Assembly (NCBI GenBank): GCA_963823655.1
Contig: CAWGMK010000012.1
Coordinates: 103,028 to 167,027 of the forward strand
DNA from: an uncultured Bacillota bacterium
Lineage (GTDB): Bacteria; Bacillota; DTU025; MWDF01
Length of the DNA: 64,000 nt
Direction of reading: 5' to 3'
A program made the translations under genes and the position numbers. Position 1 is the stretch's first letter. The number at the start of each line of letters is the position of its first letter. Below are positions 31,118 to 41,803 of this stretch, in pieces. The notes under the pieces are model-generated. The model saw nothing but the letters and a program-made list of their open reading frames with translations. It was not told the origin of the DNA and searched no databases.

Positions 31118-32704
31118 GTGTCTATGAAGGTAATGAACTTCAGTAAGGCAACCCTGTTCATCACGCTGACTATGGTCATGCTGATGGCTATACCCGCGAT
31201 GGCTTGCACGTCGATTGTTGTAGGCAAGCTGGCATCGACCGACGGGTCCGTTATGACGACCCATACCTGCGACGGAACATACGAATTCAGGGTCAACATC
31301 GTCCCCGCCAAGGATTGGGCGGCTGGAACGATGAGGCCGGTATTCAAGGGCGGAGGAAATGGCGCCCACGTTCTGGACAAGAAGCAAGTCGGCGAGATGC
31401 CGCAAGTAGCTCACACTTATATGTACTATGACACCGCGTATCCTTTCTCCAATGAGAACGGCGTCATGATGGGCGAGACCACCGTAGGCGGCAGGAGCGA
31501 GCTCCGTAACGCCCAGGGCTGGTTCGAGATCTGGGAGCTGCAGCGCGTAGCCCTAGAGCGCGCCACGACCGCACGCGAAGCCATCAAGATCATGGGCGAG
31601 ATGGCAGAGAAGTACGGCTACGGCGACGGCGGCGAGTGCCTCACAGTCATCGACAAGAATGAAGCCTGGTTCTTTGAGATCTACGGCGCCGGCCCCCTTG
31701 AGAAGGGCGCCATCTGGGTCGCCCAGAGAGTACCCGACGGAGAAGTCGGCGTATCGGCAAACAGGTCCAGGATCTTCGTCATCAAGGAGAACGATCCTAA
31801 CAACTTCATGTATTCCTCCAACGTATTCACGTATGCCAAGGACATGGGCTGGTGGAAGCCTGCCGATGGCCCGCTGCACTTCGCAAATGTATACGCACCG
31901 AAACTCAACGTCTACAATTCGCGCCGCGAGTGGAGGGTACTGTCCCTCATAGCTCCGTCGCTCAAACTCGATCCGGACATGAAGGAATACCCCTTCTCCG
32001 TGAAACCGGACAAGCCGGTCTCCGTCCAGGATCTCATGAAGTACAAGAAGGACCATTACGAAGGCACAGAGTTCGACCTCACCAAGGGATTGGCCGCAGG
32101 CCCGTTCGGCAACCCGAACAGGTATGCCACACCGTCCACCAATGGCGCATGGGAGCGCGCGATATCGATATTCAGGTGCTCTTATGTAGTCGTCATGCAG
32201 GCACGCGCGTGGCTGCCAGCAGCAATCGGCAGCGTCATATGGTTCGGTGAAGATGCGCCTCATCACACCTGCTATGTGCCGTTCTACGCCGGCCAGACCT
32301 CAATTCCTGCGTCATTTACAATCGGCAGCCGCGCCACGCTGGACAGGAACTCCGCATGGTGGGCGTTCAACCTGGTCTCCAACTTCGCAGACCTCAAGTA
32401 CTCCTACATGAACAAGGATATCGTCGAGCTGTCCGACAAGTTCGTGAATGAAGCGCTTGCGATGCAGCCGGTAGTGGAAAGCGCAGCAGCCGAGCTCTAT
32501 AAGGTGGATCCTAAGCTTGCTATGAGCTTCCTTACCAACTACTCCAATGCGCACGCCGAGAAGGTAGTTGCGGCCTGGTGGAATCTGTTCGACACATTGG
32601 CTGTCAAGTACCAGGACGGCTACGTAAGCCTTAAGACCGCAGGCTACCCTGACGAGTGGCTCAAGGCAGTAGGCTTCGGCAAGCTCGCAGCCCCGTCAAA
32701 GTAA
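31118..32704 (+). CDS. exported C69-family dipeptidase (intact)
   Basis: signal peptide plus ACTSIVVGKLASTDGSVMTTHTCDG, MGETT, DLTKGLAAGPFGNPNRY, SAWWAFN. Confidence 0.92.
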   Translation: MSMKVMNFSKATLFITLTMVMLMAIPAMACTSIVVGKLASTDGSVMTTHTCDGTYEFRVNIVPAKDWAAGTMRPVFKGGGNGAHVLDKKQVGEMPQVAHTYMYYDTAYPFSNENGVMMGETTVGGRSELRNAQGWFEIWELQRVALERATTAREAIKIMGEMAEKYGYGDGGECLTVIDKNEAWFFEIYGAGPLEKGAIWVAQRVPDGEVGVSANRSRIFVIKENDPNNFMYSSNVFTYAKDMGWWKPADGPLHFANVYAPKLNVYNSRREWRVLSLIAPSLKLDPDMKEYPFSVKPDKPVSVQDLMKYKKDHYEGTEFDLTKGLAAGPFGNPNRYATPSTNGAWERAISIFRCSYVVVMQARAWLPAAIGSVIWFGEDAPHHTCYVPFYAGQTSIPASFTIGSRATLDRNSAWWAFNLVSNFADLKYSYMNKDIVELSDKFVNEALAMQPVVESAAAELYKVDPKLAMSFLTNYSNAHAEKVVAAWWNLFDTLAVKYQDGYVSLKTAGYPDEWLKAVGFGKLAAPSK

Positions 32705-32736
32705 ATAATCAGGAAGTAATACCTGCATAAATGATG

Positions 32737-32769
32737 AAGGCGGGTCCGTTGTGAAGCGGATCCGCCTTT
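32737..32769 (+). terminator. intrinsic terminator
   Basis: AAGGCGGGTCCG/CGGATCCGCCTT followed by T. Confidence 0.7.
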
Positions 32770-32863
32770 GCTATATCTTCGCTTTTACATTGCTTTTCTC
32801 CTGTATGCTGGCCGGTTCAAAGATTCTCCGGGCTGCGGTTTCTTGCTAATACTTGTCCTTCTA

Positions 32864-34111
32864 CTAGAGCTCTTCGGCTTTCCTTGCCTTAAGCGTCTTG
32901 TAGAGCGCCACTATCAGTATCGCTACGATGGCGGCGGAGAGGCCGTTGTTGTAGAGCATAAGCCCTCCGTGGATGGATGAGCACTTGGTCACGACGAACA
33001 GGTGCAGGAAACCTGCCAGCAGCCCGTACAGCGGCCCCAGCCTGTCCGACAGGGGGCAAAGCCCGGTGACGAAGAGAGAGCCCATGGCAATGGCCGGGGA
33101 GAGCGAATAAGACGAGACGAAGAAGGCCAGCACGTAGCCCGCCATCAGCGTAAGCATGGCCGTGGGCTTCTTGGCAGTGACGGTCCAGCCGGCGACTGCG
33201 ATTATCGTACCAAGCAGCGGTCCCGTGAACGGGGCTTTCAACGCGAGCCAGGGGACGAGTACAAGTATCACGCCGGAGACCGAGAAGTTCAAAAGGGCGC
33301 CGCCGGTGCCGCCGGTGGCAAGGTAGTCCGCACCCTCACACCTGCATGCTGTTATGGCCAGAAAGCCCTCTTTGCTCCCCTTTATGAAGAGCAGTGCGAT
33401 GGCTCCGACGACTAAAAACACAGCTAGCGTCGCTATGTAGCCCCAAGCCGGGTAATCGAGGTACGGGCCCGAAATCGTGTCCAGGTTGGTGCCTGTGCCG
33501 CGAATGATGCCCGCAGCGATAGCCGTTATGACTGTTGAGGCGAATGCGATGTTGTACAAGTTCATGTTCTTGTAGGCCCTCTTGGTAAGAGAAGCCGCCT
33601 CCGGTAGGACGAAGCCGGCGACAAGGCCTGCCAGGATGGCAAAGGGCCATCCGCCGGGGGTAGCGAATGCGATGAAGCTTACCATGGGCCCCATGCATGT
33701 CCCGAAGAGCGACGTCGCTATATCGGCGAAAGGAGTCCTTTTCGTAACAAGGTTTCTAAGTATGGTGCCTGCCAGAATGACTGCGCCTGTCAGCGGGGTC
33801 TTTCCGAAGAATGAGAAGCCTATGCACATCAGCGTCGCGCTGAAGGCGAAGCCCCTGTAATCGGAGGCAAGGAACACCATAAAAGAGGCTAGCAGCCCCA
33901 TAAGCCCCGCATTCAGGAAAGTGGCCCCGATGCCGCCTACATAGGAGAAGTCGGTCAGCAGGATTGCGGGATTCGTCAGTATCAGCCTATAAGAAGCGAG
34001 CAATCCATCCGACATCAAAATGCCTGCTATTGTAAGCACTAAAGAGAAGGCTAGCCCCAGGTAGAAAAGATCTGATGGCCTCGTTTTCGGGCTTGCCGCT
34101 TTGCCTGCCAT
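32864..34111 (-). CDS. DUF1576-family membrane protein
   Basis: LLTDF..GG.GATFLNAGL, GFSFFGKT, duplicated NLYN/LYNNG halves. Confidence 0.75.
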   Translation of the reverse strand: MAGKAASPKTRPSDLFYLGLAFSLVLTIAGILMSDGLLASYRLILTNPAILLTDFSYVGGIGATFLNAGLMGLLASFMVFLASDYRGFAFSATLMCIGFSFFGKTPLTGAVILAGTILRNLVTKRTPFADIATSLFGTCMGPMVSFIAFATPGGWPFAILAGLVAGFVLPEAASLTKRAYKNMNLYNIAFASTVITAIAAGIIRGTGTNLDTISGPYLDYPAWGYIATLAVFLVVGAIALLFIKGSKEGFLAITACRCEGADYLATGGTGGALLNFSVSGVILVLVPWLALKAPFTGPLLGTIIAVAGWTVTAKKPTAMLTLMAGYVLAFFVSSYSLSPAIAMGSLFVTGLCPLSDRLGPLYGLLAGFLHLFVVTKCSSIHGGLMLYNNGLSAAIVAILIVALYKTLKARKAEEL

Positions 34112-34123
34112 GGTTTCCTCCTT

Positions 34124-34150
34124 AAGAAAAGCCCGGCCGCTCGGCCGGGC
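34124..34150 (-). terminator. hairpin/terminator after oadA-like gene
   Basis: GCCCGGCC/GGCCGGGC followed by TTTTCTT on the minus strand. Confidence 0.55.
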
Positions 34151-34175
34151 CAGGTTCATGCTCTATTGCTATCTG

Positions 34176-35549
34176 TTACGCGCCCTGCTTCTTCGCACGG
34201 GCTTCGAAGTACTTCAGCGCCTGGTCGGGGTATAGGGCATACGACAGGGCGTCTTCCAGGGAGCCGTTGAAGGGTTTCACGGCCTCCTTGCACTTTTCCA
34301 TCTCGAGGGGAAGCTCCGGCCTTTCGGTCAGGACCTTCTCGTCCCCGATGGCAAGCTTCTGCACCTCAGGGTCTATGCTGCCTGCCGGCATGCCGTACTC
34401 GCCCTTGATGTAAGCCTTCACTTCTTTGCTTATCATCTTGTAGCGCTGCCCGGTCATTATGTTCATGCTGGCCTGGACGCCTACTATCTGGCTCATGGGG
34501 GTGACGAGCGGCGGGTATCCGAGGTCCTTCCTGACTACGGGGACTTCCGCCAATATGGACTCAAGCTTCGATATGTTGTTGCTCTGTGTCAGCTGAGCCC
34601 TCAGGTTCGATATCATGCCGCCCGGTATCTGGTAGCTCAAAACGTCAGTGTCAACTGTCCTTGCCGCGGCGACGCCGGGGTTGGAGGCCACGATCTCGTC
34701 TTGTATGCTCTTTAGAAGCTGCGCGGCGGGCCTGATCTTCCTTACATCCACGCCGGTGTCATACTCGGTGTCCCTGAAGGCGACTATCATCGTCTCGTCC
34801 GGGGACTGGGATGAGCCCATGGCGACGGTGGAGACTGCGCAGTCGATTACCGACGCGCCCGCCTCAACGCCCTTCATGTAGGCCATTGAGGACATGCCGG
34901 AAGTATAGTGCGAGTGAATCTGTATGGGCAGGTTGATCTCGGCTTTAAGGGCTTTTACCAGCTCATAGCACGGATAGGGGGACAAGATGCCCGCCATGTC
35001 CTTTATGCAGATGCTGTCGGCCCCGAGGTCTGCGAACTTCTTGGCGTAATCGACGAAACCCTTTGTGGTGTGCACAGGGGATATCGTATAGGAGAGCGCG
35101 CCTTGAAGGTGGGCCCCGGCCTTCTTAACCGCCTTTGCGGAGCGCTCCACGTTTCTTATGTCGTTAAGCGCATCGAACACGCGGACTATGTCTATTCCGT
35201 TGTCGACGGACTTCTGTACGAAAGTATCCACCACGTCATTGGCGTAAGGCCTGTACCCTACCAGGTTCTGCCCTCTGAGGAGCATCTGCATCGGAGTGGT
35301 CTTAATAACCGAACGCAGCAGCCTCAGCCTCTCCCACGGATCCTCTCCCAAATATCTCAGGCAGGTGTCGAAAGTGGCCCCTCCCCAGACTTCCATCGAG
35401 AAGAAACCGGCCTTATCAAGGTAGGATGCGATCCTTAGCATCTGTGGTGTGGTCATCCTGGTGGCGAAAAGCGACTGATGAGCATCCCTTAGAGTAGTGT
35501 CCATCACGCCGACTTTGCGGCCCACTGCGAGCTTCGCGTCTCTAACCAT
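34176..35549 (-). CDS. oadA: oxaloacetate decarboxylase alpha / pyruvate carboxylase B carboxyltransferase (no biotinyl domain)
   Basis: DTTLRDAHQSLFATRM, WGGATFD, QMLLRGQN, CIKDMAG, HSHYTSG, GYPPLVTPMSQIVG. Confidence 0.85.
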   Translation of the reverse strand: MVRDAKLAVGRKVGVMDTTLRDAHQSLFATRMTTPQMLRIASYLDKAGFFSMEVWGGATFDTCLRYLGEDPWERLRLLRSVIKTTPMQMLLRGQNLVGYRPYANDVVDTFVQKSVDNGIDIVRVFDALNDIRNVERSAKAVKKAGAHLQGALSYTISPVHTTKGFVDYAKKFADLGADSICIKDMAGILSPYPCYELVKALKAEINLPIQIHSHYTSGMSSMAYMKGVEAGASVIDCAVSTVAMGSSQSPDETMIVAFRDTEYDTGVDVRKIRPAAQLLKSIQDEIVASNPGVAAARTVDTDVLSYQIPGGMISNLRAQLTQSNNISKLESILAEVPVVRKDLGYPPLVTPMSQIVGVQASMNIMTGQRYKMISKEVKAYIKGEYGMPAGSIDPEVQKLAIGDEKVLTERPELPLEMEKCKEAVKPFNGSLEDALSYALYPDQALKYFEARAKKQGA

Positions 35550-35650
35550 AAAATCACCCACCCTTATATCGTTCTACATACTCTTTCATTATACATTACG
35601 CGCCCTCGTTAAGGCAGTACCGGCCCTTGATAAAAGGCGGCTTTAGCTTG

Positions 35651-35684
35651 AAAAAAGGCTTCCTGCCTCAATGGCGGGAAGCCT
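35651..35684 (-). terminator. intrinsic terminator
   Basis: AGGCTTCCTGCC/GGCGGGAAGCCT with minus-strand T run. Confidence 0.7.
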
Positions 35685-35706
35685 CACAGTCAAATGCGCT
35701 GCTTAG

Positions 35707-36909
35707 TTACTTTATTATCCCAAGCTCCCTGCCGCGGCGCTCAAGTATGTCCAGGGCGATGTCTATGTCCTCATCGGTGTGGGCCGCGGTCACATTAGCC
35801 CTGAGCCTGCACTTGTTCGCGGGCACTGCAGGAGGAAGTATCGGCGACACGAACATGCCGTCTTGATGGCAGAGGCGGGTGAGCTCCAATGTGAGGTCCT
35901 GGCCGCCGATTACTATCGGTATTACGCAGCTCTGGGTGTTAAGTGTGTCATAACCGAGCCTATGCAGGCCGCCTAAGAATCTGTCTATGTTGTGGTGTAC
36001 CTTGTCGAGGCGCCATTTCTCCGTCTCCATAACCTCGACCGAGCCGATTATGGCACCGAGCACCGCAGGCGGCACGGATGCCGAGAAGACGAAGCCCCTT
36101 GCATTGCCCTTGAGGAAACCGATTACGTCCTTCTTGCCGGCGACATAGCCGCCGACCGAGGGTATGGTCTTGCCAAGAGAGCCTGTCAGAAGGTCTATGG
36201 AAGACATCGGCATATCGAAGTACTCAAGTATGCCCTTGCCTGTCTTGCCCAGCACGCCGAGTGAATGTGCCTCGTCGACCACAAGCCATGCGTCGTACTT
36301 GCGGCAGAGCCTGGAAAGCTCCGGAAGCGGGCAGACGTCCCCGTCCATGCTGTAGACGGCGTCGACTATGACCATGATGCCGCATTTCAGGTCCTTCTCG
36401 CGCCTCGCAAGCAAGAGCCTCTCCAGATCCTCCGGCTCGTTGTGGCGGAAGCGCTGGAACTCAGCGTCGGATATCCTGCAGCCGTCTATTATGCTCGCGT
36501 GGGCGAGCTGGTCGGCGATGATAAGATCATGCCTTCCGGTAAGTGCGTCCAGGGTTGTGAGGTTTGCAATGAAGCCGCTTGAGTATACTACTGCGTCTTC
36601 CGTTCCCATATATGAGGCGAGCTTTGCTTCGCAGTCATTGTGAAGCTTCGTGGTTCCGGACAGGACCCTTACTCCGTGGGTGCCGGTAGACCACTGCTCT
36701 AGAGCCTCCATGGACCTTTTAAGTATGTGGGGGTGGTGCAACAGGCCGAGATAGTTGTATGAGGAGTATACTATCATCTCCCTGCCGCCTATCTTAACCC
36801 TGGTGTCTCCGACCTCGTCGACCTGCTGGAGGTAATAATACTGCCCGGCGGCCTTAAGGCGGTTCGTCCACTGGCTGAAGGCATTTACTCTATCTTCTAT
36901 AGCGCTCAT
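35707..36909 (-). CDS. alpha-oxoamine synthase family PLP enzyme (BioF/Kbl/SPT-like)
   Basis: SYNYLGL, HASIIDG, FRHN, VYSMDGD, VDEAHSLG, GSLGKT. Confidence 0.88.
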   Translation of the reverse strand: MSAIEDRVNAFSQWTNRLKAAGQYYYLQQVDEVGDTRVKIGGREMIVYSSYNYLGLLHHPHILKRSMEALEQWSTGTHGVRVLSGTTKLHNDCEAKLASYMGTEDAVVYSSGFIANLTTLDALTGRHDLIIADQLAHASIIDGCRISDAEFQRFRHNEPEDLERLLLARREKDLKCGIMVIVDAVYSMDGDVCPLPELSRLCRKYDAWLVVDEAHSLGVLGKTGKGILEYFDMPMSSIDLLTGSLGKTIPSVGGYVAGKKDVIGFLKGNARGFVFSASVPPAVLGAIIGSVEVMETEKWRLDKVHHNIDRFLGGLHRLGYDTLNTQSCVIPIVIGGQDLTLELTRLCHQDGMFVSPILPPAVPANKCRLRANVTAAHTDEDIDIALDILERRGRELGIIK

Positions 36910-36960
36910 AGGCTGTCCCCCAATCGATATGTTCACAAAATTGTGCACAAGCTATAAAGA

Positions 36961-36989
36961 ATGATATATGCAGGAAAGGCGCCTGTCAA
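36961..36989 (-). promoter_or_regulatory. sigma70 promoter
   Basis: minus TTGACA-N17-TATCAT. Confidence 0.6.
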
Positions 36990-37025
36990 TAAAGACAAGC
37001 GCCTTTCATTCTTGTTATAAGACTT

Positions 37026-37754
37026 TTAGGTGAGTATGTAAGCCAGCGCAAGCCCCAGCGCCCCGAAGACGACGGCGCCCTTCCACCATGCGGGCCCTCC
37101 GTTCATCTCGTCTGCCTGGGTGCCTATTGCCCAGGCCATCGCAAGCCCGCCTACCAGGCCCCCGATGTGAGCCCAGGCGTCTATGCCCGGCAATGTGAAG
37201 CTTATGAATAGGTTGATCATGAGAGAGACTATGAATCTGGAGCCTATGATGTATTTGAAAAGCTCAGGCCGCCTGAGCCCGAGGTAGATTATCGAACCTG
37301 CGATGCCGAACACCGCGCCAGATGCGCCCACGCCCACAGAATAGGGGCTTCCAAGCAGCGTGCTCAGGATGTTGCCCGATATGCCGGCAGTGAGGTATAT
37401 GGCGACGAAGCGCCAGTTGCCGTAAACTTTCTCGGCGAATGTGCCCAGGTTGAACAGCGAGTATGAATTGACTAGTATATGGAAGAAGCCGTAATGCAGG
37501 AATATGGGGATTATCAGCCTCCACCATTGCCCGGCTCTGACGTATAGGTTCACCTTGGCGCCGGCGTCTATCAACACCTGCATATTGGTCGATCCGCCCA
37601 TAAGCTCCAGTGTAATGAACGCGACCGCGTTTAATACGATGATGGCAATCGTGGGGCTTGCCAGCATCGCCAGCGGCGAGTTGCTTCTGGGGAATTTGAT
37701 CAGCTTGTAGCGGTCCTTGCCGCCGTTTCCGCCTCCGTTGTCACCGAAAGACAT
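37026..37754 (-). CDS. rhomboid intramembrane serine protease
   Basis: WWRL, FLH.GFFHILVN, VGASGAVFG, AHIGGL. Confidence 0.92.
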   Translation of the reverse strand: MSFGDNGGGNGGKDRYKLIKFPRSNSPLAMLASPTIAIIVLNAVAFITLELMGGSTNMQVLIDAGAKVNLYVRAGQWWRLIIPIFLHYGFFHILVNSYSLFNLGTFAEKVYGNWRFVAIYLTAGISGNILSTLLGSPYSVGVGASGAVFGIAGSIIYLGLRRPELFKYIIGSRFIVSLMINLFISFTLPGIDAWAHIGGLVGGLAMAWAIGTQADEMNGGPAWWKGAVVFGALGLALAYILT

Positions 37755-37946
37755 CCTATCACCCTTTGCCGCCGATTTAGTGTAGTGAAGCCTTGAGCTT
37801 TGCACTATAATCATTATACAGACTTATTGCAGGCGAGGCACGCCTATTGAAGGCATCGCCTTCCAAGCCTTTGCAAGCCGCAAAGCGCGGCAGCACCTTA
37901 GATAACGTAAATAGCGGCATTCGCAGTTTTCGGGAGGTTACGGAAA

Positions 37947-39061
37947 TTGAAGCTGATGCATATAGCGGACCTTCACCTCGGGGCGCCCTGCAAGTCCCTG
38001 GGGGAAATGTCCGAATTGAGGCGCAACGCCAGGGATTCCGCCTTTATGAGGCTCATAGAGGTCGCCATCAAGCAAGCCGATATGCTGATCATATCAGGGG
38101 ACCTCTTCGACAGCCACAAGCCCGACGAGGGCCTGGTGGCATCGGTCCGCGGCGCCCTTTTAAAGCTCAAGGCGGCAGGCAAGCTTGCTATAGTGGTGCC
38201 TGGCAACCATGACGAGATAACATACAGCGACTCCGTTTACTCAAAGCCCGTATGGGAGGGCTGCTGCCTGCTGGTGAGATCCCCAAGCCGGAAATAGTAT
38301 TTGAGGGCGATGTCTTAGGCGAGCACATCGCGATATGCTCCTGCGCCTATACGGGTGGCATTACGACGCCGGCCATGCTCAGAAACCTGCCGAAGGCGCC
38401 TGATGGGGCCACCGGAATAGTCGCATTACATGCAACGCTCGATATGAATATCCCCGCAAAGGACCAGGACAGGGCCATGAACATCAGCTCTGCCGATATA
38501 GCATCGGCAGGATATAAGTACGCGGCGCTCGGCCATATTCACCTGGGCTCCATTGAAAGCTCGGGAGGCTGCGTTTTCGCATACCCGGGGATTATCGAGC
38601 CGTCAGGTTTCGGGGACCCGCAATCGAAAGGCTACGTCATGGTCGAAATCATTGGTGGCGCCTGCCGCGCCGAATGGGCCCCTTTTGATGTTTCTGAGGC
38701 CTTCAAGGCTGTGGAATTGGACGTCACGGGCCTTGCGCCGGAACAGGTAGTGGAGAAGGTGAAATCGGCCGCGGGAAGCGCGGATTACCTTCAGGCGAAG
38801 CTGTCCGGTACGGTGTCTGCCGGTTTTTCCGCCAATGAGGTTAGGGCGATGCTCGCCCCCAATTACAAGTATGTGGCGGTTGAATCCAAGGCGATCGGCC
38901 TGGATTTGGACGGGCTTGAGAGCTCCGCGGATGAGCACAGCGTAAGGGGCCTATTTATAAAGAACATGATCGCGCTTATAAAGTCCGAATCCGGGACCGA
39001 GAAGCTGCTGCTTGAAAAGGCCCTCTGGAAGGGCCTTGAAGCGCTCAGGAAGGAGGCCTAG
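37947..39061 (+). CDS. SbcD/Mre11 (YhaO-like) metallophosphoesterase nuclease; frameshift near 38285
   Basis: HIADLHLG, SGDLFD, PGNHD, ALGHIH, YPG. Confidence 0.88.
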
Positions 39062-39064
39062 CCC

Positions 39065-41753
39065 ATGGTAAAGTACATCAAGCTGGTACTTGAGGGCTTC
39101 GGCTGCTTCGGCGCCAGGGCCGAGTTCCTGTTCGCAGGCGGACTGGATGTCTTCACACAGCCCAATGAGAAGGGCAAAAGCACAATGCTAAACGGCATAG
39201 TGCACACTCTGTTCGGAATGAAGAAGCCGGATAAGGACAGGTTCAGGTCGTGGGCCGCGCCGTCTTCGTTCACGGGCGAGCTAACCCTGGAAGCGGAAGG
39301 CGTCGAATACGTAATCAAAATGAACTTCGACAAGGACAAGGTTTCGGTGAAGCGCTTGGACGAGAGCACCGGAAGGCCCACTGAGCACTTGAGGGAGCAG
39401 TCGCACGTGCCAGCGGGCAAGAACAGCGAGAAGTACAACCAGTTCCTGCAGGAAATGCTTGGGACCTCGGATATAGACGTGTTCAAGTCGGCCTTCGTGG
39501 TTGAGCAGCCGCTCAAAGACGAGCTTAAGCTGGGCGAGGGCGGGGAGCTCATACTCGTAGAGGCCGGAGGGCTGTATACCGGGGCTATTAAGAAGCTTGT
39601 AGACAGGCTGGGCAAGGACGCCTCCGGCATCACCATGAACCTTCAGGATTACGATGTTGAAAGCTCAAAGCAGAGGCTACCAAGGGAGCTGGAACTGCTG
39701 CAAGATGAGCTCAGAACAAAGCAAGACGAACTTTCGCGCTCGGAAAAAGCCCTCAACCAGATATTCCCCCTCATGGAAGAGCAGAAGAAGGCGGTCATTG
39801 AGATTTCAAGGCTTAAGGCCGCGAAGTTCGGACAACGATCCCGCAAAGCGGAAGTCCGAAAGGTGGATCAAGCTAAGGGAGGATTATGTAAGGCAGAACA
39901 GGGCCGCAGGCGATAAAAAGGACTACTACGAAAAGTGTCCTGGCAAACAGAATGATCAGAAAAGCCTCGAACGAGGATCTCCAATCACTTAAAGCAGGAT
40001 TTGTGGGCGAGCCGGTACAAGACGCCCTGATAGAAGCGGCGAAGAGCGCCTCCGAGACCGCAAAGGCGCTTCTTATAAAAGCAGAAGGAATAAAAAAGCA
40101 GTATGCAGGGAAGCACGGGGCTTGGCGGGAGCATCGCTGCGATGGACCTGTTGTCTTCTGATGCTGAAGCGCAGCTTGGAGCGTTGGCTGAAAGGGCAGG
40201 GAAAGAATCCTCGGTCATATCTGCTGCAAAGGCCGGCTTGCGGAGTGGGAAAGGTCTTTCGGCGGAATAAAGGATGCAAGCGGCGAGGAGCGCAGAGTCG
40301 TGGGAAGGAACTGCGAGTTAGAGGAGCGATCGAGGAAGCGTGCGGAGACAAAGCCCCGGCCGGAAGAGGCAGCCAATATGCGAGTATGGCGCTTATAGTA
40401 CTGCTGCAGCGGCAGCTCTCATGGGAGCCGCCTATTGGTGGCGCATGCGGGGCAGAACCCGTTCCAGTATTCTTGGTTGCCCTATCGTTAGCGCTTCTAA
40501 TAGCCTCCTTCTTTGTTAAGCCCGGCGGCAATGCGAAGCAACAACCGCCCCTGAAGAGGCTAATAAGAGAAGAGGCCGGAAGAGAAAGCAGAGAAAGACG
40601 AGCTTAGGGGGAAGATCGCCCTATATCGATCTGATGGTCTCAAGGCCTGCCCCAATGGTGCCTGAAGGCGCCGATAGGTATAATAGAGACCCTTGATGCA
40701 GTGGAGAAGGATGCAACTGAGCTTATTAAGCTTTCTGCCGGCATAAGGCAAGCTTCGGCAAGCGTGGATGAGGAGGACCTCTCAGCCATATATGAACTTG
40801 CGAGCCTTCCATTCCCGGGCGGACCATCAGCGCTCCTGTGGCATAACCAACGAGCTGCTGAACAGGGCCAGGAGTGAGAATGAGAAGAGGAAGGCCCATG
40901 CGAAAGCTGTTGCCGAACTGGAGACAGCCGTCAGCAAAGCAGGCGGCATCGTAAAAGAGATGCTCATTGCCGTAAAGAGCAGAGACCTTGGAGGGGCTGA
41001 GGGCCGATGCGAGACGCTGCAGAGCGCGAAGCGGTTTACACGCTAGGCCAGTGGCGGACGCAATTCGAAGGCGAGCTCATACTGAAGCCCGATACGGACA
41101 AAGACGTGCTCAAGGACGTGCAGGAGGAACTCGACAAGCTCAAGGCGGACGAGACGAAGCTCGAGGCAAGCCTGAATGCTGCGGCGGATGATCTTGAAGG
41201 CATAAAGGACAAGCTCAGGGATGCGAACGCGGACAGGATAGGCAATATCCCCGAGCTCTACGAGCAGATCGAAACCCTTAAGGGCAGGATAAATGAGCTT
41301 TTGGCCGAAGCCGAGGCGATAAGAAGGGCGGTAGTGCAGCTTCGCATAGCAGGTGAAAGCTTCGGGGAGGCGACTTGCGATAGCCTGAAGAAGTCCATTA
41401 CAACGCTTCTTGAAAGAGTAACGGGTGTTGCCGGCAGGAACGTCAAAGTAGAGAAGGGTTTCACGCTGGACGTAGAGACTGAAGGAAGAGGGGTTTCCTT
41501 CGAGCAGCTGTCTCAGGGCACAAAAGACCAGTTATATATCTGCATGAGGATTGCTGCGGCGGAGCTCCTGGGCGAGGGACGGAACCTGCCGATGTTCTTC
41601 GACGACTCCTTCGGGACTACGGATAAGGCAAGGCTTGAGGAGATCAGGAAGCTGATGACGGACATGTCCAAGGGAAGGCAGTTCATCATCCTCTCCCATT
41701 CGGACGATATTTCCAGTTGGGGGACTCAAATTGGAACAAATCCCGTTATCTAG
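39065..41753 (+). CDS. SbcC/Rad50-like (YhaN-type) coiled-coil ATPase; multiple frameshifts 39840-41030
   Basis: LEGFGCF, PNEKGKST at the N-terminus; LSQGTKDQLY..MRIA, PMFFDDSF, QFIILSH at the C-terminus; central hydrophobic patch. Confidence 0.8.
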
Positions 41754-41803
41754 TCTGGTGTATAATAATCGCATCGCATTTTTGCTTCAGGGGGAATGGC
41801 AGA

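Noticed and set aside
37805-37819. Per-box-like CTATAATCATTATAC between rhomboid and sbcD-like genes
   Set aside because: Two mismatches, and explained by back-to-back -10 elements of divergent promoters.
37947-41753. Nuclease plus SMC-like ATPase as a novel defence system
   Set aside because: Matches the widespread YhaO/YhaN (SbcDC-like) repair pair; fragmentation is consistent with indel errors.
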